IMG/VR virus record: IMGVR_UViG_3300020403_002006
Location: 1 to 27,511 of that record
From: a virus
Taxonomy: Duplodnaviria; Caudoviricetes
Strand: one strand, 5' to 3'
Length of the DNA: 27,511 nucleotides
The notes under the pieces: generated by a model
What the model was told of the DNA's origin: nothing
The model's input: the letters and a program-made list of their open reading frames with translations, nothing else
Databases searched by the model: none
Part shown: in pieces, positions 18,361 to 25,849 of the stretch
Numbering within the stretch: the first letter of the stretch is position 1
Layout of the letters: each line of letters starts with the position of its first letter
Position numbers and translations under genes: made by a program

Positions 18361-19714
18361 AATAAAACAAATAATGCCTGAGATGGATAAGGTATCTCCT
18401 ACCTTTTGTCTCGCAAAATGGCATCATGTTACAATATATCTACAAACAGGAGAAACACACAGTTGTTACCACCCTGCTCCGCATTCTATACCATTAGAAG
18501 AACTTAAAGACAATCCTAGTGCATTACATAATACTAATGAGAAAAAACAAGAACGTAAGTTAATGCTAGAAGGTAAACAACCTAAAGGATGTCAATACTG
18601 TTGGAATATAGAATGTATGGGTAAGGATTATGTAAGTGATAGACATATAAAAAGTTCAAGCATACATACTCCTGAACGCATTGAAGAAATAAAAAGCAAC
18701 CCATGGGACTATAACATTAATCCAGAATACATTGAAATTAATTTTAGTAACGAGTGCAATTTTAAATGTGGATATTGCCATCCTAAATTCAGTACACGAT
18801 ATTACAATGAAATAAAACAACACGGACCTTACAAAGATGTTACAGCACACAGCAATAACATTGATTGGTTTAAGTTGTATGAAGAAGATGATAACCCTTA
18901 TTTAGAAGCATGGTGGAAATGGTGGCCAGAAGTAAGTAAAACATTAAACATATTGCGTATTACCGGAGGCGAACCATTAATGCACAAAAGCACCTGGAGG
19001 TTATTTGAGGAACTAAAGGAAAATCCTAAACCTCATTTAAATATTGAACTTAACAGCAACATGGGTGTTAAAGAAAAACTAGTTAAAAAATTAGTAGAAA
19101 CATTAAAAGAACTTAAAAGTTTGAAAGCAATTAACAGTTTTAAACTTTATACAAGTATAGATACTTGGGGTCCTAGAGCAAGTTATACTAGAACAGGTTT
19201 AGATATAGGATTATGGGAACGTAATTTAGATTACTATCTAACTAATACAGGTTGGCCAGTTACATTTATGATTACTTTCAATCTATTTGCGGTTACAAGT
19301 TTTAATAAATTGCTTGAGAAGATATTAGAATGGCGCCACAAATATAATAGTGATATGCAAACTAAATGGCAACGCATAAGATTTGATACTCCTTATCTGC
19401 GTGACCCAATTCAATTTGATATGAATATTTTGCCTAAAGAAAAGTTTATGCCTTATATGAAAAAGCATTTACAAATGATGCATGACTATCAGGACGATAC
19501 AGACAGAACAAAATTCAGTAGTTTAGAAGTAGAAAAGTTTCGGCGTGTAGTAGATTACATGGAAAAAACACAGTATGACAAAGAAAAATTACAAAAGGGT
19601 AGGAAGAACTTTTACAATTTCTTTACTCAATATGATTCTAGGCGTAACATAAAACTAATTGAAGTATTTCCTGAATTAGAAAATTTTTATATGGATTGTT
19701 CTACTCTAGTATAG
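18344..19714 (+). CDS. Radical SAM enzyme with N-terminal SPASM/twitch-like Fe-S domain, 456 aa
   Basis: CxxxCxxC (CNFKCGYC), ITGGEP and NSN motifs. N-terminal FCLAKW...HSCYH...GCQYCW Cys pattern. Confidence 0.85.
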   Translation: MSELDRIKQIMPEMDKVSPTFCLAKWHHVTIYLQTGETHSCYHPAPHSIPLEELKDNPSALHNTNEKKQERKLMLEGKQPKGCQYCWNIECMGKDYVSDRHIKSSSIHTPERIEEIKSNPWDYNINPEYIEINFSNECNFKCGYCHPKFSTRYYNEIKQHGPYKDVTAHSNNIDWFKLYEEDDNPYLEAWWKWWPEVSKTLNILRITGGEPLMHKSTWRLFEELKENPKPHLNIELNSNMGVKEKLVKKLVETLKELKSLKAINSFKLYTSIDTWGPRASYTRTGLDIGLWERNLDYYLTNTGWPVTFMITFNLFAVTSFNKLLEKILEWRHKYNSDMQTKWQRIRFDTPYLRDPIQFDMNILPKEKFMPYMKKHLQMMHDYQDDTDRTKFSSLEVEKFRRVVDYMEKTQYDKEKLQKGRKNFYNFFTQYDSRRNIKLIEVFPELENFYMDCSTLV

Positions 19715-20882
19715 TAACGTCATTATAGAATCTAGTCACAAGTTTTTGATTTCTTTTGAGAAACTTACTCATTTCATCTAACATAATACATAGTTTACCT
19801 TGATCGGTATCATTAATTGTGTTTATAACATCTAAGATCTTCATCATACGTTGTGTATGGTCTTCAATAGTATCATAACTTTCGTCTATCCATTTATCCC
19901 AAGTAACGAAACCTAGTTTTTTAAGATACTCTAAACTATATGGAGGACCAACAATTAAGAAAGGACGTTGAAACCACATAGCGGTAAACACTTTTTCACT
20001 TAAATTAGCAGTTGGTTGTGCAAATCTAGTTTCATTCACAATGCTAATAAAACTATCATAGTAAGCATCTTTAAGATTTGCTTCTAATTTGTGTTGATCG
20101 TCTGGCCATTTAGTACCAAGATGAGGTTCAACATACTTACTGCTTGTTGGCGCAAGGTCAATAGCCATAGGACTTTTTAAATTAAGTTCTGCTAAACCGT
20201 TCATTGTTGTTTTGTTATGTATAGACATCCAAAAATCTTTGGTTAGGAAAGTATTCTCTTGCAATAACTTTTTATCTGCTTTAAATTGCCAACTGTAATG
20301 CCCTGGCTTACTGTGTAAGTTACACATAATGATATGTCTATGTTTAGTATATCGCCAATTAGTACATACAAACTTTTTTGTAGGTTTTACATTATCATTG
20401 ATTTTAGAACCAGGAAAATAATCCCTAAGGAAAATATCCAAACAATACAAGTTTAAATCAGGATATTGTTTCTGGAAAAATTCTTTAACTTTGTAATCAC
20501 ACGTATATACGTTTATGTTTTTAATACCATATTTGTTTTTAAATTTTTGTATGCTATCTAATTCATCTGCATACAGTTGTGGTTTAAGATCAATAAATTC
20601 ACTGTAAAATTCTCTATTATGTGGTTTTGTTCTATAACTTGACAAAGGTTCATATATGTAAAAGTCTAAACCTTGTTGATCTAAACGTTTAATTTGTTTA
20701 CTATTGAGAAATAAATTTTCAAGTTCAACTATATTATTTGTTCCAGTAAACAAAAAGAATGGTTTAGTTTCAGAACGTAGGAAACTTTCTTCGAATAATT
20801 GTTTGAATCTTGGGATAACCTTATGAGGAGGCTTTGTAGCAGGAAAATTTTTGTAATATAATCCTTGTGTAAAGTCCGTCAT
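19701..20882 (-). CDS. Glycosyltransferase-like protein with GT10-like (GT-B) C-terminal motif, 393 aa
   Basis: YYDSFISIVNET...LSEKVFTAMWFQRPFLIVG...LKKLGF...DESYD resembles the GT10 fucosyltransferase motif (F.L.FEN...Y.TEK). Paralog of 23471. ATGA-coupled to the upstream gene. Confidence 0.5.
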   Translation of the reverse strand: MTDFTQGLYYKNFPATKPPHKVIPRFKQLFEESFLRSETKPFFLFTGTNNIVELENLFLNSKQIKRLDQQGLDFYIYEPLSSYRTKPHNREFYSEFIDLKPQLYADELDSIQKFKNKYGIKNINVYTCDYKVKEFFQKQYPDLNLYCLDIFLRDYFPGSKINDNVKPTKKFVCTNWRYTKHRHIIMCNLHSKPGHYSWQFKADKKLLQENTFLTKDFWMSIHNKTTMNGLAELNLKSPMAIDLAPTSSKYVEPHLGTKWPDDQHKLEANLKDAYYDSFISIVNETRFAQPTANLSEKVFTAMWFQRPFLIVGPPYSLEYLKKLGFVTWDKWIDESYDTIEDHTQRMMKILDVINTINDTDQGKLCIMLDEMSKFLKRNQKLVTRFYNDVTILE

Positions 20883-21361
20883 TTTTTTATTCCTGTAACT
20901 TGCAAAATATATCTATCTTCATTTCCTAAATTAGCCGCCATGTGTTCTACATCTTTACCCCAACCAAAGTAACTGCCTGCGGGGCCAACACATACTTTAT
21001 CTTTAATCCATAATTGATGTCCTGCTTTTTGATCATGCAAAAATACTATGACCCTAATTATTTCATCTTCATCTGTTATGTTATTTCTTTTTTTGTATGT
21101 TTGATATTTGTCTGTATGGTATGGTAATATCTGTCCAGGAGTAAGTTTGTTGACAGCAACAACTACTTTGTTAAGTTCTAAAACTTTGACTGCATCATGA
21201 AAAACTTCAGGCAAGTTTTCAAAACACATATATACACCTACGTTGTAATTTTCTGTGTCAACAGTAGCATTGAATTTTTCTTCGTGAACTTTATTAGTTA
21301 CCCATTGCAGATTTTTGTAATCCTGCTCGGTCCATGTAACAGCAATTTGTCCTTTGATCAT
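20879..21361 (-). CDS. 2OG-Fe(II) oxygenase-like (cupin/DSBH) protein, 160 aa
   Basis: LTPGQILPYHTD (HxD)...HMAANLGNEDRYILQV gives the distal His and the 2OG-binding Arg. Asp/Asn beta-hydroxylase-like pattern. Confidence 0.75.
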   Translation of the reverse strand: MIKGQIAVTWTEQDYKNLQWVTNKVHEEKFNATVDTENYNVGVYMCFENLPEVFHDAVKVLELNKVVVAVNKLTPGQILPYHTDKYQTYKKRNNITDEDEIIRVIVFLHDQKAGHQLWIKDKVCVGPAGSYFGWGKDVEHMAANLGNEDRYILQVTGIKK

Positions 21362-21876
21362 TTTATAAAACCTGATACCTGCAATGTATATTTGTTTTCC
21401 ATACCTGCGTTAGCACCAAGATGTAAAATGTCCTCGTCCCAAATGTATCCATCACCGGCCATCCAGTGTGTGAACACAGCGTCATCATGTTGTACAAAAT
21501 GTCCTACCTTCCAATCTTCTAACATAATTAATGCTCTTACAGGTTGGGGTCTTTTAGGAAATTTTTTCTTTAATAAAAAGAATGTGTCTCTGTGCCAAGG
21601 AACTACTTGTCCTGGCGGTTGTTTAATACTGCTTATTGTCACTGCATCCATGCCTAATAGATTACCTATTTCTGCAAAGTCTAATTCATCTTCAGTCCAC
21701 CATCTTTGATGTATTTTAGTATTGCCCATAGTATATGTTTCTGGAAAACCACCATACTTTTCGTGAATATCTGTAAGTTCATGGACTTGATGTTTAATAC
21801 AAGAAGACTCATCTGGATATTTGCAATCTACAAATTTCGTACAATCATATTTAAATTTTACTTTTTGGTTATACAT
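21358..21876 (-). CDS. 2OG-Fe(II) oxygenase-like protein, paralog of 20879, 172 aa
   Basis: QPPGQVVPWHRD (HxD)...HLGANAGMENKYTLQVSG. ATGA overlap with the downstream paralog. Confidence 0.75.
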   Translation of the reverse strand: MYNQKVKFKYDCTKFVDCKYPDESSCIKHQVHELTDIHEKYGGFPETYTMGNTKIHQRWWTEDELDFAEIGNLLGMDAVTISSIKQPPGQVVPWHRDTFFLLKKKFPKRPQPVRALIMLEDWKVGHFVQHDDAVFTHWMAGDGYIWDEDILHLGANAGMENKYTLQVSGFIK

Positions 21877-22837
21877 TAGCCTTCCTTTCTAAGTCAAGTG
21901 TAACACAATGGAACGTACCACCTAGTGTTCTAGCATGACGCATAGGCAACATGGCACACTCTATACCATGTTTCTCTAATTCTATTCTAGTTGGTTCTTG
22001 CTGTTCTTCAAGCACAACTAACTTTGTATTTACACTTAAAAGATTCATATTAATCCAAGTGCTGGAATTACAGTACCTAGGATAATGCCCTATATCTACA
22101 GGCTCAGGACACCAAATAATATCCCATTTCTTAAAAGGACCTGGCAAGTCATCTTTGCTTTTTATCCTACTTGGATTTGCAAGTAATAAACCTTCTTTTA
22201 AAAATGCAACGGTGCTGTCTAAATGCATAAAACTATAAACGTTTTCTAATTTATGTACTTTTGCTTTATCTCCTAATGCACCTTGTAATAAAGCACTGCC
22301 TAACCTATTTGCACTATTGCTGACGAGATATAAAACATTGTCATTTGCCCTTAATATATTTGCGGCATCAAAGGCAGGTTCAAATTCTGTTAATGCAAGA
22401 ACATCTTTGTTTCCTATACAGTCTGTATTGTATAACGAACTTTCGTGGTAGCAACGTATGTTTACAGGGTTAGTTAAATGATGTTCAAATGCTCTCCATT
22501 CTCCACGTCTTGCACGTATGGGCATTGGAGTTGCCATTTGTAAATCACCGTAAACAAACACACTGTCTCTTGGACAGAAGTTGTAATAATTACAATCTGT
22601 ATCATTAGGTCGTAAAACTTCTACATTTTCTTTTTGTAAAAATTTACAAAGTGTATCTAAATCTTCATTTGCCTCATCAATTACTCTTTGCGGATATGGT
22701 CCTTTTATTATTTCTGTTTCATCAATCTTGTCCGCATAGTTTACGCAACGCAAACTTATATCAACATCAGGTATCTTGGCATTGTCGGCTATGCCAACAA
22801 TAACTTTTGTTAGTTGATCCCATTCATTATAAGACAT
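21869..22837 (-). CDS. Amidinotransferase (glycine / inosamine-phosphate amidinotransferase family), 322 aa
   Basis: SYNEWDQLTKVIVG, CPRD, FDAAN, HLDST and GGTFHCVTLD supply the Asp-His-Cys catalytic set of AGAT/StrB1. Start revised to ATG 22837, which follows SD GGAGGT. Confidence 0.9.
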   Translation of the reverse strand: MSYNEWDQLTKVIVGIADNAKIPDVDISLRCVNYADKIDETEIIKGPYPQRVIDEANEDLDTLCKFLQKENVEVLRPNDTDCNYYNFCPRDSVFVYGDLQMATPMPIRARRGEWRAFEHHLTNPVNIRCYHESSLYNTDCIGNKDVLALTEFEPAFDAANILRANDNVLYLVSNSANRLGSALLQGALGDKAKVHKLENVYSFMHLDSTVAFLKEGLLLANPSRIKSKDDLPGPFKKWDIIWCPEPVDIGHYPRYCNSSTWINMNLLSVNTKLVVLEEQQEPTRIELEKHGIECAMLPMRHARTLGGTFHCVTLDLERKANV

Positions 22838-23435
22838 TTCTAAATACCTCCATTTCCGGCAAGTACGGATAATCGTCACTTGTCCATAGTTTGTTGGGTA
22901 CAGCAGTCTTAATTTTTTCTATGCCTAATTGAGCAGTTTCAGGTGTCATATAATAATGGTATCCTATTGTTTTAATATTTTGTTCTGCCCACGGTTTACT
23001 GTCATCTCTTCCATCGTACGCCATTTTTTTAAGTTCATTATATTCTTGTTCATTAGGACATAAAATAGCACCACCTCTACCTAAGCCTAACATTTTTTTG
23101 TGTTGAAAACTTAAACACATAAGTTGTCCATTAATATATGTCTTTGGAGTAAACAAAACTGCCGCGTCTACAATCCTTGTATTACCAAAAAAATAATATT
23201 CCTTCCATTTTATATTAACAAATGAGAAAGGTATGTCCAACTTCATTAGTGTCATTGGAACACTAACATACGTTCTTGTAGGTAAAGTAACTTTTGGATT
23301 TGATATGTTATCGTTGTCTCGATCATATCTAAATGAAAGTTCTAACGCATGAGTACAACTATCTGTTGCTACGGCAAAAGGGGCATTGTAATAGTCTGCA
23401 ATACGTTTTTCAAACTCTTTTACTATTTCGAACAT
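22827..23435 (-). CDS. DegT/DnrJ/EryC1/StrS-family PLP aminotransferase, unusually short (202 aa)
   Basis: EFEKRIADY...AVATDSCTHALEL, DAA, SFQHKK (PLP lysine), GRGGAIL and GYHYYM occur in the family order. Confidence 0.85.
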   Translation of the reverse strand: MFEIVKEFEKRIADYYNAPFAVATDSCTHALELSFRYDRDNDNISNPKVTLPTRTYVSVPMTLMKLDIPFSFVNIKWKEYYFFGNTRIVDAAVLFTPKTYINGQLMCLSFQHKKMLGLGRGGAILCPNEQEYNELKKMAYDGRDDSKPWAEQNIKTIGYHYYMTPETAQLGIEKIKTAVPNKLWTSDDYPYLPEMEVFRNVL

Positions 23436-23440
23436 ATCAA

Positions 23441-23448
23441 TATTTATT
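23441..23448 (-). promoter_or_regulatory. T4-type late promoter box (AATAAATA) for the minus-strand operon
   Basis: The minus strand reads AATAAATA-TTGAT-ATG, with 5 nt from the box to the start codon and no SD. Confidence 0.65.
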
Positions 23449-23457
23449 AACTGCGTA

Positions 23458-23465
23458 TATAAATA
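23458..23465 (+). promoter_or_regulatory. Perfect T4 late promoter box (TATAAATA)
   Basis: Exact consensus, reading TATAAATA-TATGT-GTG. The GTG at 23471 is in frame with the downstream gene. Confidence 0.7.
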
Positions 23466-23470
23466 TATGT

Positions 23471-24403
23471 GTGAGTGAGAGTTTATATAATATCAAAATG
23501 TGGTCTGACGACTGGTCACCTAGCCATTTTATGGAAATGCTTGAAAGGTTACGTGGTTGCCATATACGAGTTCTTGGTGCAGAAGAAATGGAACTAATGG
23601 GATTTGACCAAAAGAAAGATATTAAACGTATCAGCCGTGCATTAAAGAAAAGCAATAACAAATGTACTTTCGTATCAGGAGGTTGGCCACATAGTAATAT
23701 CAATTGGCCTGCTTATAGCAAAGTAGAATATTGGCCTACATTTTGGATGACTCACACTGTAAAAAATTGCGTACAAGAAGTAGTAAATGAAAACTTTGAA
23801 TATCCATTTATTACACTTAATCACAGGCCATGGGAACATAGATGTAGAATGATGGATAATCTTGCCAAAGATGGTTTATTAAGTATGGGTGCATATAGTT
23901 GGAACGTTCTTGAACCTGATTATAATTTTAAACATTGGAAACAAAAAGTTTCTAATTTAGATAATTTTAAAAATGCTAAAGGGTCTCTGTATGATATGCC
24001 AAAAGAATATGGTAACAGTTTTATTGATTTAGTCAACGAGTCTAGTATCGAAGATATATTCATAACAGAAAAAACTGCAAAGCCGCTGTATTATAAAAAA
24101 CCTTTCATTATACATGGTGCAAGGGGAATACACAAAGTACTGCAAAAACTAGGATTTAAATTGTACGATGAATTGTTTGATTATTCTTTTGATAATGAAA
24201 TGCATAGAAAAACAAGAGCAGGTAAAATAGTAAAAGAAATTAGAAATAATATTACAACACCTACAAAGTATGCAGAAATGTACAAGTCACTAGAATGGAA
24301 ATTAGAATTTAATCATCAAAGACTTTTAGAAATATCAAAAGACACAGATTATATTCCGGAAACAATAAAAGAGTTAGGAGGTTATGAAAATGTTATTTCT
24401 TAA
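23471..24403 (+). CDS. Glycosyltransferase-like protein with GT10-like C-terminal motif, ~310 aa
   Basis: YGNSFIDLVNES...FITEKTAKPLYYKKPFIIHG...LQKLGFKLYDELFDYSFD, paralogous to 19701. The listed start 23333 overlaps the divergent gene, so GTG 23471 (or ATG 23498) is preferred. Confidence 0.5.
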   Translation: MSESLYNIKMWSDDWSPSHFMEMLERLRGCHIRVLGAEEMELMGFDQKKDIKRISRALKKSNNKCTFVSGGWPHSNINWPAYSKVEYWPTFWMTHTVKNCVQEVVNENFEYPFITLNHRPWEHRCRMMDNLAKDGLLSMGAYSWNVLEPDYNFKHWKQKVSNLDNFKNAKGSLYDMPKEYGNSFIDLVNESSIEDIFITEKTAKPLYYKKPFIIHGARGIHKVLQKLGFKLYDELFDYSFDNEMHRKTRAGKIVKEIRNNITTPTKYAEMYKSLEWKLEFNHQRLLEISKDTDYIPETIKELGGYENVIS

Positions 24404-25187
24404 AAAAGGCAAACCTCTACTTGTAGGAAATGATGTTAATAAAGAATTAGATTGGTATCAAGGAGATACACAAATAAATTACTTGCAAACTAATAATCCT
24501 GATTGGAACTATTATGATAGCAAAGGAAAGTTGAAATATAAATTTAATAGTTTAGGATACCGAACTAAAGAGTTTAACAATTTACACATGGACCCATATA
24601 TGTTAGTGTTTGGTTGTAGTTACACAGAAGGCGTAGGTTTATATGAAGAAGAAATATGGTGTAAGCATTTAGCAGATTATTTAAAAATAGATTATAGGAA
24701 CCTAGCGAAAGCAGGTACAGGACCAGACGTAATAAATTTTAACACACAACTTTTTAAAAGATCTGGATTTGTAAAACCTAAACTAGTAGTTGTACAGTGG
24801 CCACAAATTAATAGAAAAAGTTTTGGATTTCATTGTGAAGAAGGTATAAGATTAGAAGATAGGAATGTAAACAAGGAAGAAACAAGCGACAGTATGGCTA
24901 TGCGTGATACTGACTGGTACATGAATAGATATATTCAAGAGACCGGTGAACAAGTCATACAGTCAATGAAAGATCTTTTTAGTGTAGATAATTTATGGTC
25001 AGCATTAGGAGTGCCTGTGTTCCATTGGACATGGGAAGGTGACTTTACTACTGATTACGGAACAAAAAAAATATTTAAAGTTATTAACACACACAAAGAT
25101 TTAGCAAGAGATTTGCAACATGATGGACCAAAAATTCATTATGATGCATTTGAACAATTTAAAGACAAAGTAAAATGTTTGATATAA
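24390..25187 (+). CDS. SGNH/GDSL-like acyl-esterase or acyltransferase, ~265 aa
   Basis: Block I LVFGCSYTEG, block II NLAKAG and C-terminal DxxH (RDLQHDG). SD AGGAGG is 8 nt from ATG 24390 but only 2 nt from ATG 24384. Confidence 0.65.
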   Translation: MLFLKKGKPLLVGNDVNKELDWYQGDTQINYLQTNNPDWNYYDSKGKLKYKFNSLGYRTKEFNNLHMDPYMLVFGCSYTEGVGLYEEEIWCKHLADYLKIDYRNLAKAGTGPDVINFNTQLFKRSGFVKPKLVVVQWPQINRKSFGFHCEEGIRLEDRNVNKEETSDSMAMRDTDWYMNRYIQETGEQVIQSMKDLFSVDNLWSALGVPVFHWTWEGDFTTDYGTKKIFKVINTHKDLARDLQHDGPKIHYDAFEQFKDKVKCLI

Positions 25188-25849
25188 TTTTTATAAGTTA
25201 TCAAGAGCCTAATGCAGAAGCCAATTGGAAAGCATTAAAGGAACGTTTCCCAATGGCAAAACGTGTACATGGTGTGAAAGGAATACACCAAGCACACATA
25301 CAGGCGGCAAACAAGTCATTTACTAAAATGTTTTACGTGGTAGACGGTGATGCAGAAATAGTAGATGATTTTAACTTTGATCACAAGGTTTCCGAGTGGG
25401 ACTTAGACTGCGTTCATGTATGGCGTAGTAGAAATCCTATAAACAACTTGGAATACGGGTACGGCGGCGTAAAACTATTACCTAAGACTCTCACACAAAA
25501 GGTTGACGTCACCGTACCCGACATGACTACCAGCATCAGTAAAAAGTTCAAGCCAATGCCGGTAGTCAGTAACATAACAAGATTTGACACAGATCCTTTT
25601 AATACTTGGAAAAGTGCTTTTAGGGAATGTGTCAAACTTGCTAGTAAAACAATTGATAGACAAGAAGAAGGAGAAACAAATGAAAGACTTAAAACTTGGA
25701 CAACCGTGGGACACGATAGACCTATGGGCAAATACGCTTTGGCAGGCGCTACCGCTGGTATGGAGTTTGGCCTTTCTAGGGGGTCTGATCTTCGGCTAAT
25801 AAATGATTGGGAATGGTTGCATGAGCAGTATGGAAAAAATACCGTTTAA
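25175..25849 (+). CDS. Glycosyltransferase-like protein, paralog of 17455, 224 aa
   Basis: DIIFISYQEPNAEANW...AKRVHGVKG...YVVDGD...YGYGGVKL...WKSAFRECVKL aligns by eye with 17455 (YGNGSLKM, WRAGFREGVKM). Confidence 0.6.
   Translation: MFDIIFISYQEPNAEANWKALKERFPMAKRVHGVKGIHQAHIQAANKSFTKMFYVVDGDAEIVDDFNFDHKVSEWDLDCVHVWRSRNPINNLEYGYGGVKLLPKTLTQKVDVTVPDMTTSISKKFKPMPVVSNITRFDTDPFNTWKSAFRECVKLASKTIDRQEEGETNERLKTWTTVGHDRPMGKYALAGATAGMEFGLSRGSDLRLINDWEWLHEQYGKNTV
25680..25799 (+). CDS. Candidate nested 39-aa membrane peptide in the +1 frame of the 25175 gene
   Basis: AAGGAG-6nt-ATG, encoding MKDLKLGQPWDTIDLWANTLWQALPLVWSLAFLGGLIFG. Speculative. Confidence 0.25.
   Translation: MKDLKLGQPWDTIDLWANTLWQALPLVWSLAFLGGLIFG

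Noticed and set aside
21197-21709. 170-aa plus-strand ORF
   Set aside because: Antisense to two oxygenase genes with clear catalytic motifs, and has no features of its own.
22838-22879. Listed longer start of the amidinotransferase
   Set aside because: ATG 22837 has SD GGAGGT and begins at the family's SYNEWD motif.
19701-23435. Minus-strand block as an invertible or mobile element
   Set aside because: No flanking inverted or direct repeats seen, no recombinase or transposase, and the left boundary overlaps a coding end.
23333-23470. Listed N-terminal extension of the GT10-like gene, and the 23437-23703 minus ORF
   Set aside because: The extension overlaps the divergent aminotransferase gene and both run across the promoter pair; the sequence does not look protein-like.
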